A DNA stretch of 22,690 nucleotides, taken from IMG/VR virus record IMGVR_UViG_3300028906_000002; one strand, written 5' to 3'. Under the pieces are notes generated by a model. It did not search any database. It was not told the DNA's origin and saw nothing but the letters and a program-made list of their open reading frames with translations. A program made the position numbers and the translations under genes. Shown piece by piece: positions 7,681 to 15,111 of the stretch. The stretch comes from a virus. Taxonomy: Duplodnaviria; Heunggongvirae; Uroviricota; Caudoviricetes. How positions within the stretch are numbered: the stretch's first letter is position 1; each line of letters opens with the position of its first letter.

Positions 7681-8126
7681 CCGTTATCTCCCATGATCTT
7701 GTGACGAAGCGCTTTTGCATCCCAAAGCGCGTTATGCTGGATCGCCCCAGGTAGCGTCGTCGGATAAGCGTCAACTCGGTGCAATTCGAATCGTAAGAAT
7801 CGGATATTGACCATCTGACCGGGACCAACAACGATCGCTTTGCAGAAATAGGCGATATCGTCGGGCCAATCAGCGATGATCTCCGGACAGCCATCGCCAT
7901 CCAGAAATGCAGCGATCATGTTGCAGAAATTTTTGGTCGCACTTACGAATGGTCTTGCTCCAGGGCATTTAATGATAGGAATGACGTTCTCAGCTATCCA
8001 TGGCAGCGGATTTGTTACAAAAGGAGTTGCCATGTAGAGTTCGCGACCATCCTCGCAAACTAGCGCGAGGCTGATCAGGTCGCCGCCCATGCCGTTGAAC
8101 TCGGTGTCAAGAAAATATCGCGTCAT
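7677..8126 (-). CDS. DEDD 3'-5' exoribonuclease (Rv2179c/DUF5051-like), 149 aa
   Basis: RYFLDTEF...LISLALV and HNALWDAK motifs; ATGA overlap at 8123-8126. Confidence 0.8.
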   Translation of the reverse strand: MTRYFLDTEFNGMGGDLISLALVCEDGRELYMATPFVTNPLPWIAENVIPIIKCPGARPFVSATKNFCNMIAAFLDGDGCPEIIADWPDDIAYFCKAIVVGPGQMVNIRFLRFELHRVDAYPTTLPGAIQHNALWDAKALRHKIMGDNG

Positions 8127-8392
8127 CCAATATCTGCCTTTCCGGTCAAAACAAGCCATGCTTCAGAAATCCGATAACGATAGACCGCAATTCGATCCAT
8201 AAACTGCTTCCATCGCGAATGATAAATGGGATCATATGGCCGATCGGAATATAGGCTAGCGTTCAAGTTGCGAGCCATCTGCTCGACCGATTCATCCATT
8301 CTTTTTTGCAATAAATCAGTCATCTCATGCGAAACGTTCATTGGTATCCACCAATCAGCACCGCTCCGATCGATCTTGTAATCCTCGCTCAT
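8123..8392 (-). CDS. Hypothetical phage protein, 89 aa
   Basis: ATGA overlaps at both ends. Confidence 0.65.
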   Translation of the reverse strand: MSEDYKIDRSGADWWIPMNVSHEMTDLLQKRMDESVEQMARNLNASLYSDRPYDPIYHSRWKQFMDRIAVYRYRISEAWLVLTGKADIG

Positions 8393-8712
8393 GCTTCAAA
8401 CTTCCTCTGCACGTTGCACAAAACCCATCCCCCGTTCGGTCCTTTGATGACCCACGGCAGACCGCAGACATGGCACGGCGCGACCTTGCCACCATATTCC
8501 GGAACCGGTGCATCGCCGATCACTTCGAACATCTTGGATTCCATCACGGAACCGGGAACGACATCGGCTAGCAGTTTGTAGAGGCCATGGTGATTCACAC
8601 ACTTCACGATATCGCCAGCACGACCGGCGGAAACGTATTTCACTGGTTTAACTCCAATGTCCTCAAGCTGCTGCTCGCGGACTCGATTTATATACTCGTC
8701 CCAGGCTATCAT
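8389..8712 (-). CDS. Hypothetical phage protein, 107 aa, C-terminal CHVC...C
   Basis: ATGA overlap with the hisF-like stop at 8709-8712; ORF track start is 8760. Confidence 0.65.
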   Translation of the reverse strand: MIAWDEYINRVREQQLEDIGVKPVKYVSAGRAGDIVKCVNHHGLYKLLADVVPGSVMESKMFEVIGDAPVPEYGGKVAPCHVCGLPWVIKGPNGGWVLCNVQRKFEA

Positions 8713-9425
8713 GTTTCGATCCTCACAGGAACGCCGTGAACTGAAAGATACTCCTTGCAATGTTGAGGAGTGGTGTTTGTGAAAAGGAACATAGACGAAG
8801 CCGCGACCGCATGCGCGCCAGCCTGTATTGCCATCAGCATGTCAGTTGGTGTTCTGCATCCACCATTGGCGATAACCGGGATGTTGACTGCGCCGCATAC
8901 TTTCGTGAGGGTGTTAATTTCATATCCGCACTGCACGCCATCACCATCCATGTTGGTCAAGATGATCTCGCCAGCCCCAGCCTGCTCTACATTTCTTGCA
9001 AGTTCCGGAATTATGTCGCGGAGTCTCAATCCATAGTCCATTGCGATAGTGATGCATTGCGCCCCGAACTTCTTCGAAGCCTCTGATATGAAAGCTCGCG
9101 ATGCTCCAGTGCGCAAAACAACCTTATCGGCTCCAGCATTGAGCAGCCCACGGATATCATCCAGAGATCGGATACCACCGCCGACTGTCACTGGGCAGAA
9201 CAACTTGGACGTGAATTGCTTGATCTCCTCGAAACGTGGTCCACGGCCATGCGGTGTCGCATCGATATCCAGCAAGATCAGCTCGTCACAGGTACGGTTC
9301 TCATAGAGCAGAGCGGCGGACATCAACGAGCCGACGAAACGGCCGGGGCGCTGGAAGGCGATCGGCTTAACGAGGCCTCTGGTGTCCCAGAGCAAAATGG
9401 GTATGATTCTTGTTTTCAACGGCAT
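8709..9425 (-). CDS. hisF: HisF-like cyclase subunit (WbuZ-type partner of N-acetyl sugar amidotransferase)
   Basis: TRIIPILL, DELILLDID, CPVTVGGGIRS, AGADKV, FGAQCITIAMD, GAGEIILTNMDGDG, PVIANGG, AVAASSMF: HisA/HisF TIM barrel; located next to WbuX, with no his operon. Confidence 0.92.
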   Translation of the reverse strand: MPLKTRIIPILLWDTRGLVKPIAFQRPGRFVGSLMSAALLYENRTCDELILLDIDATPHGRGPRFEEIKQFTSKLFCPVTVGGGIRSLDDIRGLLNAGADKVVLRTGASRAFISEASKKFGAQCITIAMDYGLRLRDIIPELARNVEQAGAGEIILTNMDGDGVQCGYEINTLTKVCGAVNIPVIANGGCRTPTDMLMAIQAGAHAVAASSMFLFTNTTPQHCKEYLSVHGVPVRIET

Positions 9426-9426
9426 A

Positions 9427-9846
9427 TTAAAACAACTTCACCAATATTCGGCGCCACCATGGCTGTCGTCGATTCCAAGTAGACTTGATGAGAAGTGACG
9501 TTAATAAAGGAGAACGATACCAGGCTTTCCGATATTGTGCCCGCTTCTCGATAATCTGCCAATTCGAGCGGAGAGCTACGCGTTGATTATGGATGCGCTT
9601 GTCAAGCTTTAGGCGCTCCTGTTTTAATTGTTCGACTTTGGCGGTCAGAGCTTTGCATGTATGCGCAGCAGATTCCATCAATTGGAGCGCTCGGTCGCAA
9701 CCGGATTCATTGATGGCAGATACTTCTCTCAGGTCTCCGATTGCCCGATAAGAACGTGCTAGAACATCCTGCCACCAAGCATTAATTCCAGCTTGGTGAC
9801 GGGCCTTATTGATATCGGACAAAAGTTCATCCAAATCCGGTGTCAC
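9427..9846 (-). CDS. Hypothetical coiled-coil phage protein, 139 aa
   Basis: GTGA overlap at 9843-9846; heptad-like segment LTAKVEQLKQERLKLDKRI. Confidence 0.65.
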   Translation of the reverse strand: MTPDLDELLSDINKARHQAGINAWWQDVLARSYRAIGDLREVSAINESGCDRALQLMESAAHTCKALTAKVEQLKQERLKLDKRIHNQRVALRSNWQIIEKRAQYRKAWYRSPLLTSLLIKSTWNRRQPWWRRILVKLF

Positions 9847-10280
9847 TTTGGTCTCTTGATATAGCTTATCTGCAGAAGCTCAAATCCAAGCGTTTCGAAC
9901 ACGTCAATTGATCGCGCATTTAGCGGATTGATGTTGGCTAGGAAGCATTCGCCGGGGTGCCGATTCATCAGAAGGCATATTGCAGTCTTGCCGTAGCCTT
10001 TGCCATGGTATTCCTTTGCGATGAAGATGCCGATCTCGTTCTGCTTCGATAGGTAGATCGCGCCGATCGGTCCCATTTCTACGGTCCCCCATTCATCGAA
10101 AATGACAAACCATTCCCGGTACGGGCGCGAATCCACGAAGGCGCAGTGTTGCTCAAATGAGGGCATCTCGCGGTGGCTTATGTTCTGGTGCGGCTCGCGC
10201 TCTTTCAGCATCTCATATAGGAACTTCGTCGCTACCCGCGTCTCTGCTATCTCGGTGTAGACATCGATAAGTTTGATCAC
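9843..10280 (-). CDS. GNAT N-acetyltransferase (PseH-like by context), 145 aa
   Basis: EIGIFIAKEYHGKGYGK acetyl-CoA motif A and ANINPLNARSIDVFETLGF motif B. GTG start at 10280 with AAAGG upstream; ORF track start is 10349. Confidence 0.85.
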   Translation of the reverse strand: MIKLIDVYTEIAETRVATKFLYEMLKEREPHQNISHREMPSFEQHCAFVDSRPYREWFVIFDEWGTVEMGPIGAIYLSKQNEIGIFIAKEYHGKGYGKTAICLLMNRHPGECFLANINPLNARSIDVFETLGFELLQISYIKRPK

Positions 10281-10291
10281 GGTTGCGCCTT

Positions 10292-10498
10292 TTATTTTGA
10301 GGTACAAAAAGCTCGAAGCTTGCGATGATAACCATATTCCCTCTCCCAACCTTGGGTTTGATCTTGTATCTCTTTGATTGCACCAGCGCAGCGTTCCATC
10401 GTCGAATACTCTTGTGTAGTAATAGCAACGCCTTCACTATCGCCAAAACTTCCAGCGGAAACCCAAGACACTATGATAATCATAATAGCTGTATTCAT
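10292..10498 (-). CDS. Small exported/membrane phage protein, 68 aa, with Cys pair
   Basis: Hydrophobic N-terminus MNTAIMIIIVSWVSAG; C...C pattern; fills the gap between wbuX and the GNAT gene. Confidence 0.65.
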   Translation of the reverse strand: MNTAIMIIIVSWVSAGSFGDSEGVAITTQEYSTMERCAGAIKEIQDQTQGWEREYGYHRKLRAFCTSK

Positions 10499-10501
10499 AT
10501 C

Positions 10502-11638
10502 TCAATCTTTCTCATTGACGGGACTGAACAGCGGTTGAATATCGCCCCTCACATGCGAGCCCGCGAATAGATCGCGGTTAGTGAAGGTGTCGCAGCCCTC
10601 AAGGAACTCATGCACGGTCATGCCTAGAGGTTTCAGGACTTCTCTGAGCGGCACGTCAAGATAAGTGGCGGGGAACATGGCGTCACGTTCCGCAGCGATC
10701 GGAGCAGCGTCTCTCCGGCTGATAAGCCCTCGACGAATGTGGTTAGAGAGAAGATCAGTGGCCCGCCCATAGCCATATTTGATGTAACGGAGCCAGTCGT
10801 GGGCCCCGACCTGGATATTGTCTAAATTTTCATATCCCCAGTAAGAACCCTCAATATGCTTTGGCCAGATTTCAAATCCATGCTGTACAGCTAGTTCGGC
10901 ATTCGCCAATCCGGACCAAGGGAAAAACTGGCCCAAGAAGATTCCCTGCGGCGGCTCGTTTCCTAACTCCGGATACTGATACAACTCACCGATAGGACCA
11001 AGTGTAGCCTCCACATCGGCGACGCGGAGACCGTTCAATCCGCCGAATTCGTTTAACCAGTCCTGCGTGAGCTTCGTCGCTAATTGGGCCTCCTTCGGTC
11101 CTCCATATTCCGCTTGTGGATTCTCTGCCCAAATAATCAGCGGAATCTTCATCATCGACGCAACACGGACCGGGATTGAAAATATAGTGATATGCTCTGC
11201 CCATGAAATATCTCCAATGGTCTCCAGAGTGAAACGGTTGATCTTACGCCTGATTACGGGATTCGTCTTTACCTCAATGTGGTCGCAGCCAAGTTTGCTG
11301 ATGTTGTCTAAGTTGTGCCGGCCAATTGCGGAGAGATGATCCGTCTCGGCAGTGACGGCTAGGACGCGCAAGCCGTAGTCCAATGCTTTTATCACTTGGT
11401 AATGACTGTCTTTTCCGCCCGATACTGGCACGACGCAATCATAGGCCGCGCCATTGTGCCGAGCCTCGCGCCGCGTTTCCACCACCAGATGCTGAAATTG
11501 CTTCTCTCTATCGGCCCAATCGATCAGAGAGCGGGCATCGAATGCCTGGCAGGCTGAGCATAGGCCATCCTCATTCCATGTTAGATCAGGTTTGGAACCG
11601 AGTGGATAAAGACATTTGCAACAATAAATTCGGCTCAT
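10502..11638 (-). CDS. wbuX: N-acetyl sugar amidotransferase (WbuX/PseA family), 378 aa
   Basis: N-terminal CCKCLYP...KPDL..NEDGLCSAC, YDCVVPVSGGKDS PP-loop, GDISWAEH, WAENPQAEYGG, HDWLRYIKYGYGRATD, IRRGLISR. Confidence 0.92.
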   Translation of the reverse strand: MSRIYCCKCLYPLGSKPDLTWNEDGLCSACQAFDARSLIDWADREKQFQHLVVETRREARHNGAAYDCVVPVSGGKDSHYQVIKALDYGLRVLAVTAETDHLSAIGRHNLDNISKLGCDHIEVKTNPVIRRKINRFTLETIGDISWAEHITIFSIPVRVASMMKIPLIIWAENPQAEYGGPKEAQLATKLTQDWLNEFGGLNGLRVADVEATLGPIGELYQYPELGNEPPQGIFLGQFFPWSGLANAELAVQHGFEIWPKHIEGSYWGYENLDNIQVGAHDWLRYIKYGYGRATDLLSNHIRRGLISRRDAAPIAAERDAMFPATYLDVPLREVLKPLGMTVHEFLEGCDTFTNRDLFAGSHVRGDIQPLFSPVNEKD

Positions 11639-12441
11639 GGACGCGGTACCGTGAATCCGGCTGCGTTCTTATGGCCACCTCCACCGAAGCGCCGAGCTAT
11701 CTCACTCACATCGAAGTCGCCACGAGAACGAAGCGACCAAATCACGTCAGTTCCAGTTTCGGCATACATAGCCGCGAACGGATAACCTTCCGCAGCCAGT
11801 TCGCCGCAGACTTCGGATGACATGAACAGAGAAGCATTGACGACCGGGACCTTGTGACCCGCGATATATCGCAAGAAAGCGTGCTTCTTGGTTTGTTCGA
11901 CTAAGATGCGGTAATAGCGCTGGATGGCGTGCCCTTCCTGAACGAGATAGCCAACGCCCCTGGTCACCAGCCTATCCCACGTGGTGAAATCTTGCGGATA
12001 CGAGCGTAGCGCGGCCGTGAACTCATCGACGAAGGCTAGCTTCTTGGTCCACAGATCGCGGTCCTGCAGATAAAGGAAAAACTCAGGGACTTCCTCGTCT
12101 GGATGGAAAAATTCCCATGCCATAACCGCACCGCTGCGGCTCATATCAAAATGGACATCAACGTTTCGACATTCATCCGATAAGCCAGCGAGATCGGCCT
12201 CAGCCGTCTTGTGGTGGTCAAGAACCAAGATCGATTTTGCTTTTGCAGCAAGTTCAATCATGACGTGACATTTGTATGAGAAATCTACGATCGCAACATC
12301 AAGGCCTGTTACATCTGGAGGCTCTTTGCCATAGACGCCAGCGTGATAGGTCACGCAATCGCCATCACGTTTCCACACGGCGAACGCTGCTCCAAAACCA
12401 TCGTCACATGATCCATGGTAAATGCAAAGGTCTGGCGTCAT
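11635..12441 (-). CDS. DHH/DHHA1 phosphoesterase, 268 aa
   Basis: IYHGSCDDGFGAA, IVDFS, LDHHKT, QDRDLW, WSLRS, GGGHKNAAGF; ATGA overlaps at both ends. Confidence 0.9.
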   Translation of the reverse strand: MTPDLCIYHGSCDDGFGAAFAVWKRDGDCVTYHAGVYGKEPPDVTGLDVAIVDFSYKCHVMIELAAKAKSILVLDHHKTAEADLAGLSDECRNVDVHFDMSRSGAVMAWEFFHPDEEVPEFFLYLQDRDLWTKKLAFVDEFTAALRSYPQDFTTWDRLVTRGVGYLVQEGHAIQRYYRILVEQTKKHAFLRYIAGHKVPVVNASLFMSSEVCGELAAEGYPFAAMYAETGTDVIWSLRSRGDFDVSEIARRFGGGGHKNAAGFTVPRP

Positions 12442-13091
12442 TTCATATTCCTTATCGATTTGACATATTCCCGAAATTCATCCGGCGTCGATGAAAACGC
12501 CTCGTCGTGGCACGGCACATCCGGCAACCGCAGATGCCGCTCAACCATTGGACATCGATAGCTGACAAACCGCATATTTGCCGAATGATCGGATACCCCG
12601 AGCGCGCCGTCTTCCTTGTCGTCATATTCCGTTGCGCGTAGAATCGTCACGCCATCAACGGGACGCACCGATATGATGATTGGCTTTCCGGTCGCGACTA
12701 CGGCGTTAATCAAGTCGCCGTCCAGCATCTCGAATGCGCTTATCTTGTAGCGGGGGCAGTTGAGCATTTCGAGGAAGGCAACATCATCGGGGGAAAAGAC
12801 CGACGAGAACCAAGGAATATCAACCGATTTAGCATGCTCAATCATCGGCTCAAACCACTCGCGCGGTGTGTATGTTTCGCGGTACAGGTCAAGTAGAGAG
12901 CGTCCGTGGAAATCCTTGGCGAGTGCTACGACACGAGGATTCTTGGCGCGTTTGGCAGCAAGACGTTCTGGCATGAACGCCTGCCACTTGATTGCATCTG
13001 CGCCAGAGGATTTAGCCTCCGAGATCAAGCGCAGAGCATTGAGATATGAGCCGCCGTGAGTTGAGCCGATCTCTGCTACGATTTCTGTCAT
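12438..13091 (-). CDS. pseI: N-acetylneuraminate synthase family, PseI-like, short form (217 aa)
   Basis: VAEIGSTHGG, GADAIKWQ, LYRETYTPREW, YKISAFE, TGKPIIIS, GVSDHS, VERH; no C-terminal SAF/antifreeze-like domain. ATGA overlap at 13088-13091. Confidence 0.85.
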   Translation of the reverse strand: MTEIVAEIGSTHGGSYLNALRLISEAKSSGADAIKWQAFMPERLAAKRAKNPRVVALAKDFHGRSLLDLYRETYTPREWFEPMIEHAKSVDIPWFSSVFSPDDVAFLEMLNCPRYKISAFEMLDGDLINAVVATGKPIIISVRPVDGVTILRATEYDDKEDGALGVSDHSANMRFVSYRCPMVERHLRLPDVPCHDEAFSSTPDEFREYVKSIRNMK

Positions 13092-13750
13092 CGAAAGCAC
13101 CTAAATGTACTCAAATCAGGATAATCGTCCCAAGGAAGATCAGCATTGTGCTTCGGCAGCAAACGAAGTTTGGTAAGCCCGTGCGCCGCCAATTCGGGGG
13201 AAAGATATGCGTGCCAGCCGACCATATCGATGTTGTCGTTCTTGGGTGCGATTCCTTCAGTTCTCCCGTCGAAGCGGGCCTTCCTTAGCCACTCGTCGGC
13301 ATATGGATTATCGTGGAGTATGGCTCCAGCCTGAGAAATGCTGAGAATCTTGCCCCAGTGAAACGAAACGCATTGCATTTGTCCCGGCACAAACATTCCG
13401 GATGTAAAGCGGCGCGCAAAATCCCAGACCGGGGTCGGCTTGAGCTGATATCCGCCGACCCAACTCTCGTCACGGAACGCAACCTTGCATCCGGCATGTA
13501 TGATAGATTGCGGGACGCTTATGTACGTATATCGTGGTATCTCCACGATCATAGGATCAAATTCGATCTGGATGCCATCCAGCGTGAGACCAGCGGGCTT
13601 GCGCATAATGACCTGATCGCAACACGCGACTGCTAGCAATATCGCCATCGTGCATGATGTGGTAGACACAGCGTACCGAGCGCCCGTGTAATCGCACAGC
13701 GCGGCCTCAAACTGGCGTACAACATCGAAAGGATTGAGGGAGACAGTCAC
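13088..13750 (-). CDS. pseC: DegT/DnrJ/EryC1/StrS PLP aminotransferase, PseC-like by context, short form (220 aa)
   Basis: FEAALCDYTGARYAVSTTSCTMAILLA, WDFA (PLP Asp), CVSFHWGKIL (PLP Lys), AGAIL, GWHAYLS. GTG start at 13750 overlaps the pseB TGA; ORF track start is 13840. The pseC label rests on adjacency to pseB. Confidence 0.8.
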   Translation of the reverse strand: MTVSLNPFDVVRQFEAALCDYTGARYAVSTTSCTMAILLAVACCDQVIMRKPAGLTLDGIQIEFDPMIVEIPRYTYISVPQSIIHAGCKVAFRDESWVGGYQLKPTPVWDFARRFTSGMFVPGQMQCVSFHWGKILSISQAGAILHDNPYADEWLRKARFDGRTEGIAPKNDNIDMVGWHAYLSPELAAHGLTKLRLLPKHNADLPWDDYPDLSTFRCFR

Positions 13751-14601
13751 CGCAGCATCTCTCGCAACTCGGCAACCGACATCCGCCGTGCTTTGTCGCT
13801 CGAATTGCCTTCTGCCATCGATTCGTGCTGCTTTTCCCATTTTGGGAGCCCGATGATTCGCATCTTCGCCCCCATAGCCTCAGCGAGGTCGCCTAGGCGA
13901 TAGGCCGGCAGAGTAGGGATTACGATCTCGCCTCCCCGCATCGTCTCAGCCGTATTCAGGACCAGATCGACGGCCTCTTCTATTGTCATGAAGAAGCGCG
14001 TGCAGTCCGGATCGGTAACCGGAACAGTATCCGCACCTTCGGCCAGCATTTTGCGCCAAGTCGGAACAACCGAACCAGTAGATGAAAAAATATTTCCGTA
14101 GCGGCAAACGACGAAGATCGGGCCGCGTTTTCCACGCATATTATTTGCAGCCAGAAATAATGATTCAGCAAATGCCTTGCTAGTTCCGTAGGGGGAAACC
14201 GGCTGAAAAACCTTGTCGGTTGATAACGCAACAACTTTGGACACATGCGCATCATGCGCAGCCTCAATGACATTACTCGCCCCGCCAATGTTCGTTTTTG
14301 AAATTTCAATCGGATTGTAGAAAGCTGTCTCGATTCGTTTCAAGGCAGCGGCATGAAATACTACCTCCACGTCTTCCATAGCTCGCCGCAGTCTATCCCT
14401 ATCTCTTACGTCACCGATGAACATCCGAAGGCGTTCATGCGGATCAAGCGACGTAAGTTCACGCGCCATCTCGGCTTGGCGGTGCTCTCCCCTGGAATAG
14501 ACAACGATGCGGTGTGGGTTGTCCTGTTTCATGGTGAGCAAGCGCTTGACGAGCGCAGTCCCAAAAAATCCTGTCGCTCCCGTCACCAGCACACTTTTCA
14601 T
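13747..14601 (-). CDS. pseB: UDP-N-acetylglucosamine 4,6-dehydratase (PseB/FlaA1-like), 284 aa
   Basis: VLVTGATGFFG, RMFIGDVRD, FHAAALK, YNP.E..KTNI.GA, ALSTDK, YGTSK, AANN, RYGN, TRFFMT, GGEI, EKQHE. Confidence 0.92.
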   Translation of the reverse strand: MKSVLVTGATGFFGTALVKRLLTMKQDNPHRIVVYSRGEHRQAEMARELTSLDPHERLRMFIGDVRDRDRLRRAMEDVEVVFHAAALKRIETAFYNPIEISKTNIGGASNVIEAAHDAHVSKVVALSTDKVFQPVSPYGTSKAFAESLFLAANNMRGKRGPIFVVCRYGNIFSSTGSVVPTWRKMLAEGADTVPVTDPDCTRFFMTIEEAVDLVLNTAETMRGGEIVIPTLPAYRLGDLAEAMGAKMRIIGLPKWEKQHESMAEGNSSDKARRMSVAELREMLR

Positions 14602-14867
14602 TGACGTGTCTTCCCAGAAAATTCGATAATCTCAGAAGACTCGCGGCCGTGATCATTCGCGTGATGCTTTTGGCCCTCGAAATCCACGTGAATGATATTC
14701 ATCTCACATCGTTTGCACCAAACTTGAAGTCCTAGCTCGGTCCAGCCTGCTTCAAGGCTGACCCAAGCGCGCGGCGATATCCCAATGGGCTTGTCTTTCA
14801 GGCAATGCGCACAATGAAAGAACATCTTGATTTCGTTTGTGGCAGGTATCTTGCGAGGTGGTTTCAC
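14598..14867 (-). CDS. Hypothetical phage protein with two CxxC motifs, 89 aa
   Basis: HCAHC and WCKRC; GTGA overlap at 14864-14867; ORF track start is 14915. Confidence 0.7.
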   Translation of the reverse strand: MKPPRKIPATNEIKMFFHCAHCLKDKPIGISPRAWVSLEAGWTELGLQVWCKRCEMNIIHVDFEGQKHHANDHGRESSEIIEFSGKTRQ

Positions 14868-14950
14868 GCAAGCACCCACGTCAGAACCCCGAGGAGTACG
14901 AGCGATGCGAGGCATACGGCGGAAAACGAATAGAACACAGGTGCGGTCAT
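14864..14950 (-). CDS. Small single-TM peptide, 28 aa (MTAPVFYSFSAVCLASLVLLGVLTWVLA)
   Basis: ATG 14950 with AAGGGA upstream; stop overlaps the GTG of the next gene. Confidence 0.55.
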   Translation of the reverse strand: MTAPVFYSFSAVCLASLVLLGVLTWVLA

Positions 14951-14970
14951 TTGTAGGTCAGTCCCTTTAG

Positions 14971-15111
14971 TTATAGTGGCGAAACGCCGTGTAGCGCGCC
15001 GTAGATCAGCGTAATGACCGCCACAGTGGCAATGATGGCGATGGCAGCGAGAATGGCGCATCCGTACAGCGGAGCATCATCCGACATGCGGTAGTTGGCG
15101 TCGTGCTTCAT
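14971..15111 (-). CDS. Small single-TM peptide, 46 aa (MKHDANYR...AILAAIAIIATVAVITLIYG)
   Basis: ATGA overlap at 15108-15111, GAAGGGA upstream. Confidence 0.6.
   Translation of the reverse strand: MKHDANYRMSDDAPLYGCAILAAIAIIATVAVITLIYGALHGVSPL

Noticed and set aside
8709-9425. Histidine-biosynthesis auxiliary metabolic gene
   Set aside because: No other his genes; proximity to WbuX points to the WbuZ-type sugar amidination role.
5912-14601. Host capsule or flagellin glycosylation island lying next to a prophage
   Set aside because: No transporters, glycosyltransferases or flagellar genes; the enzymes are interleaved and coupled with phage-type small genes and flanked by virion and lysis genes on both sides.
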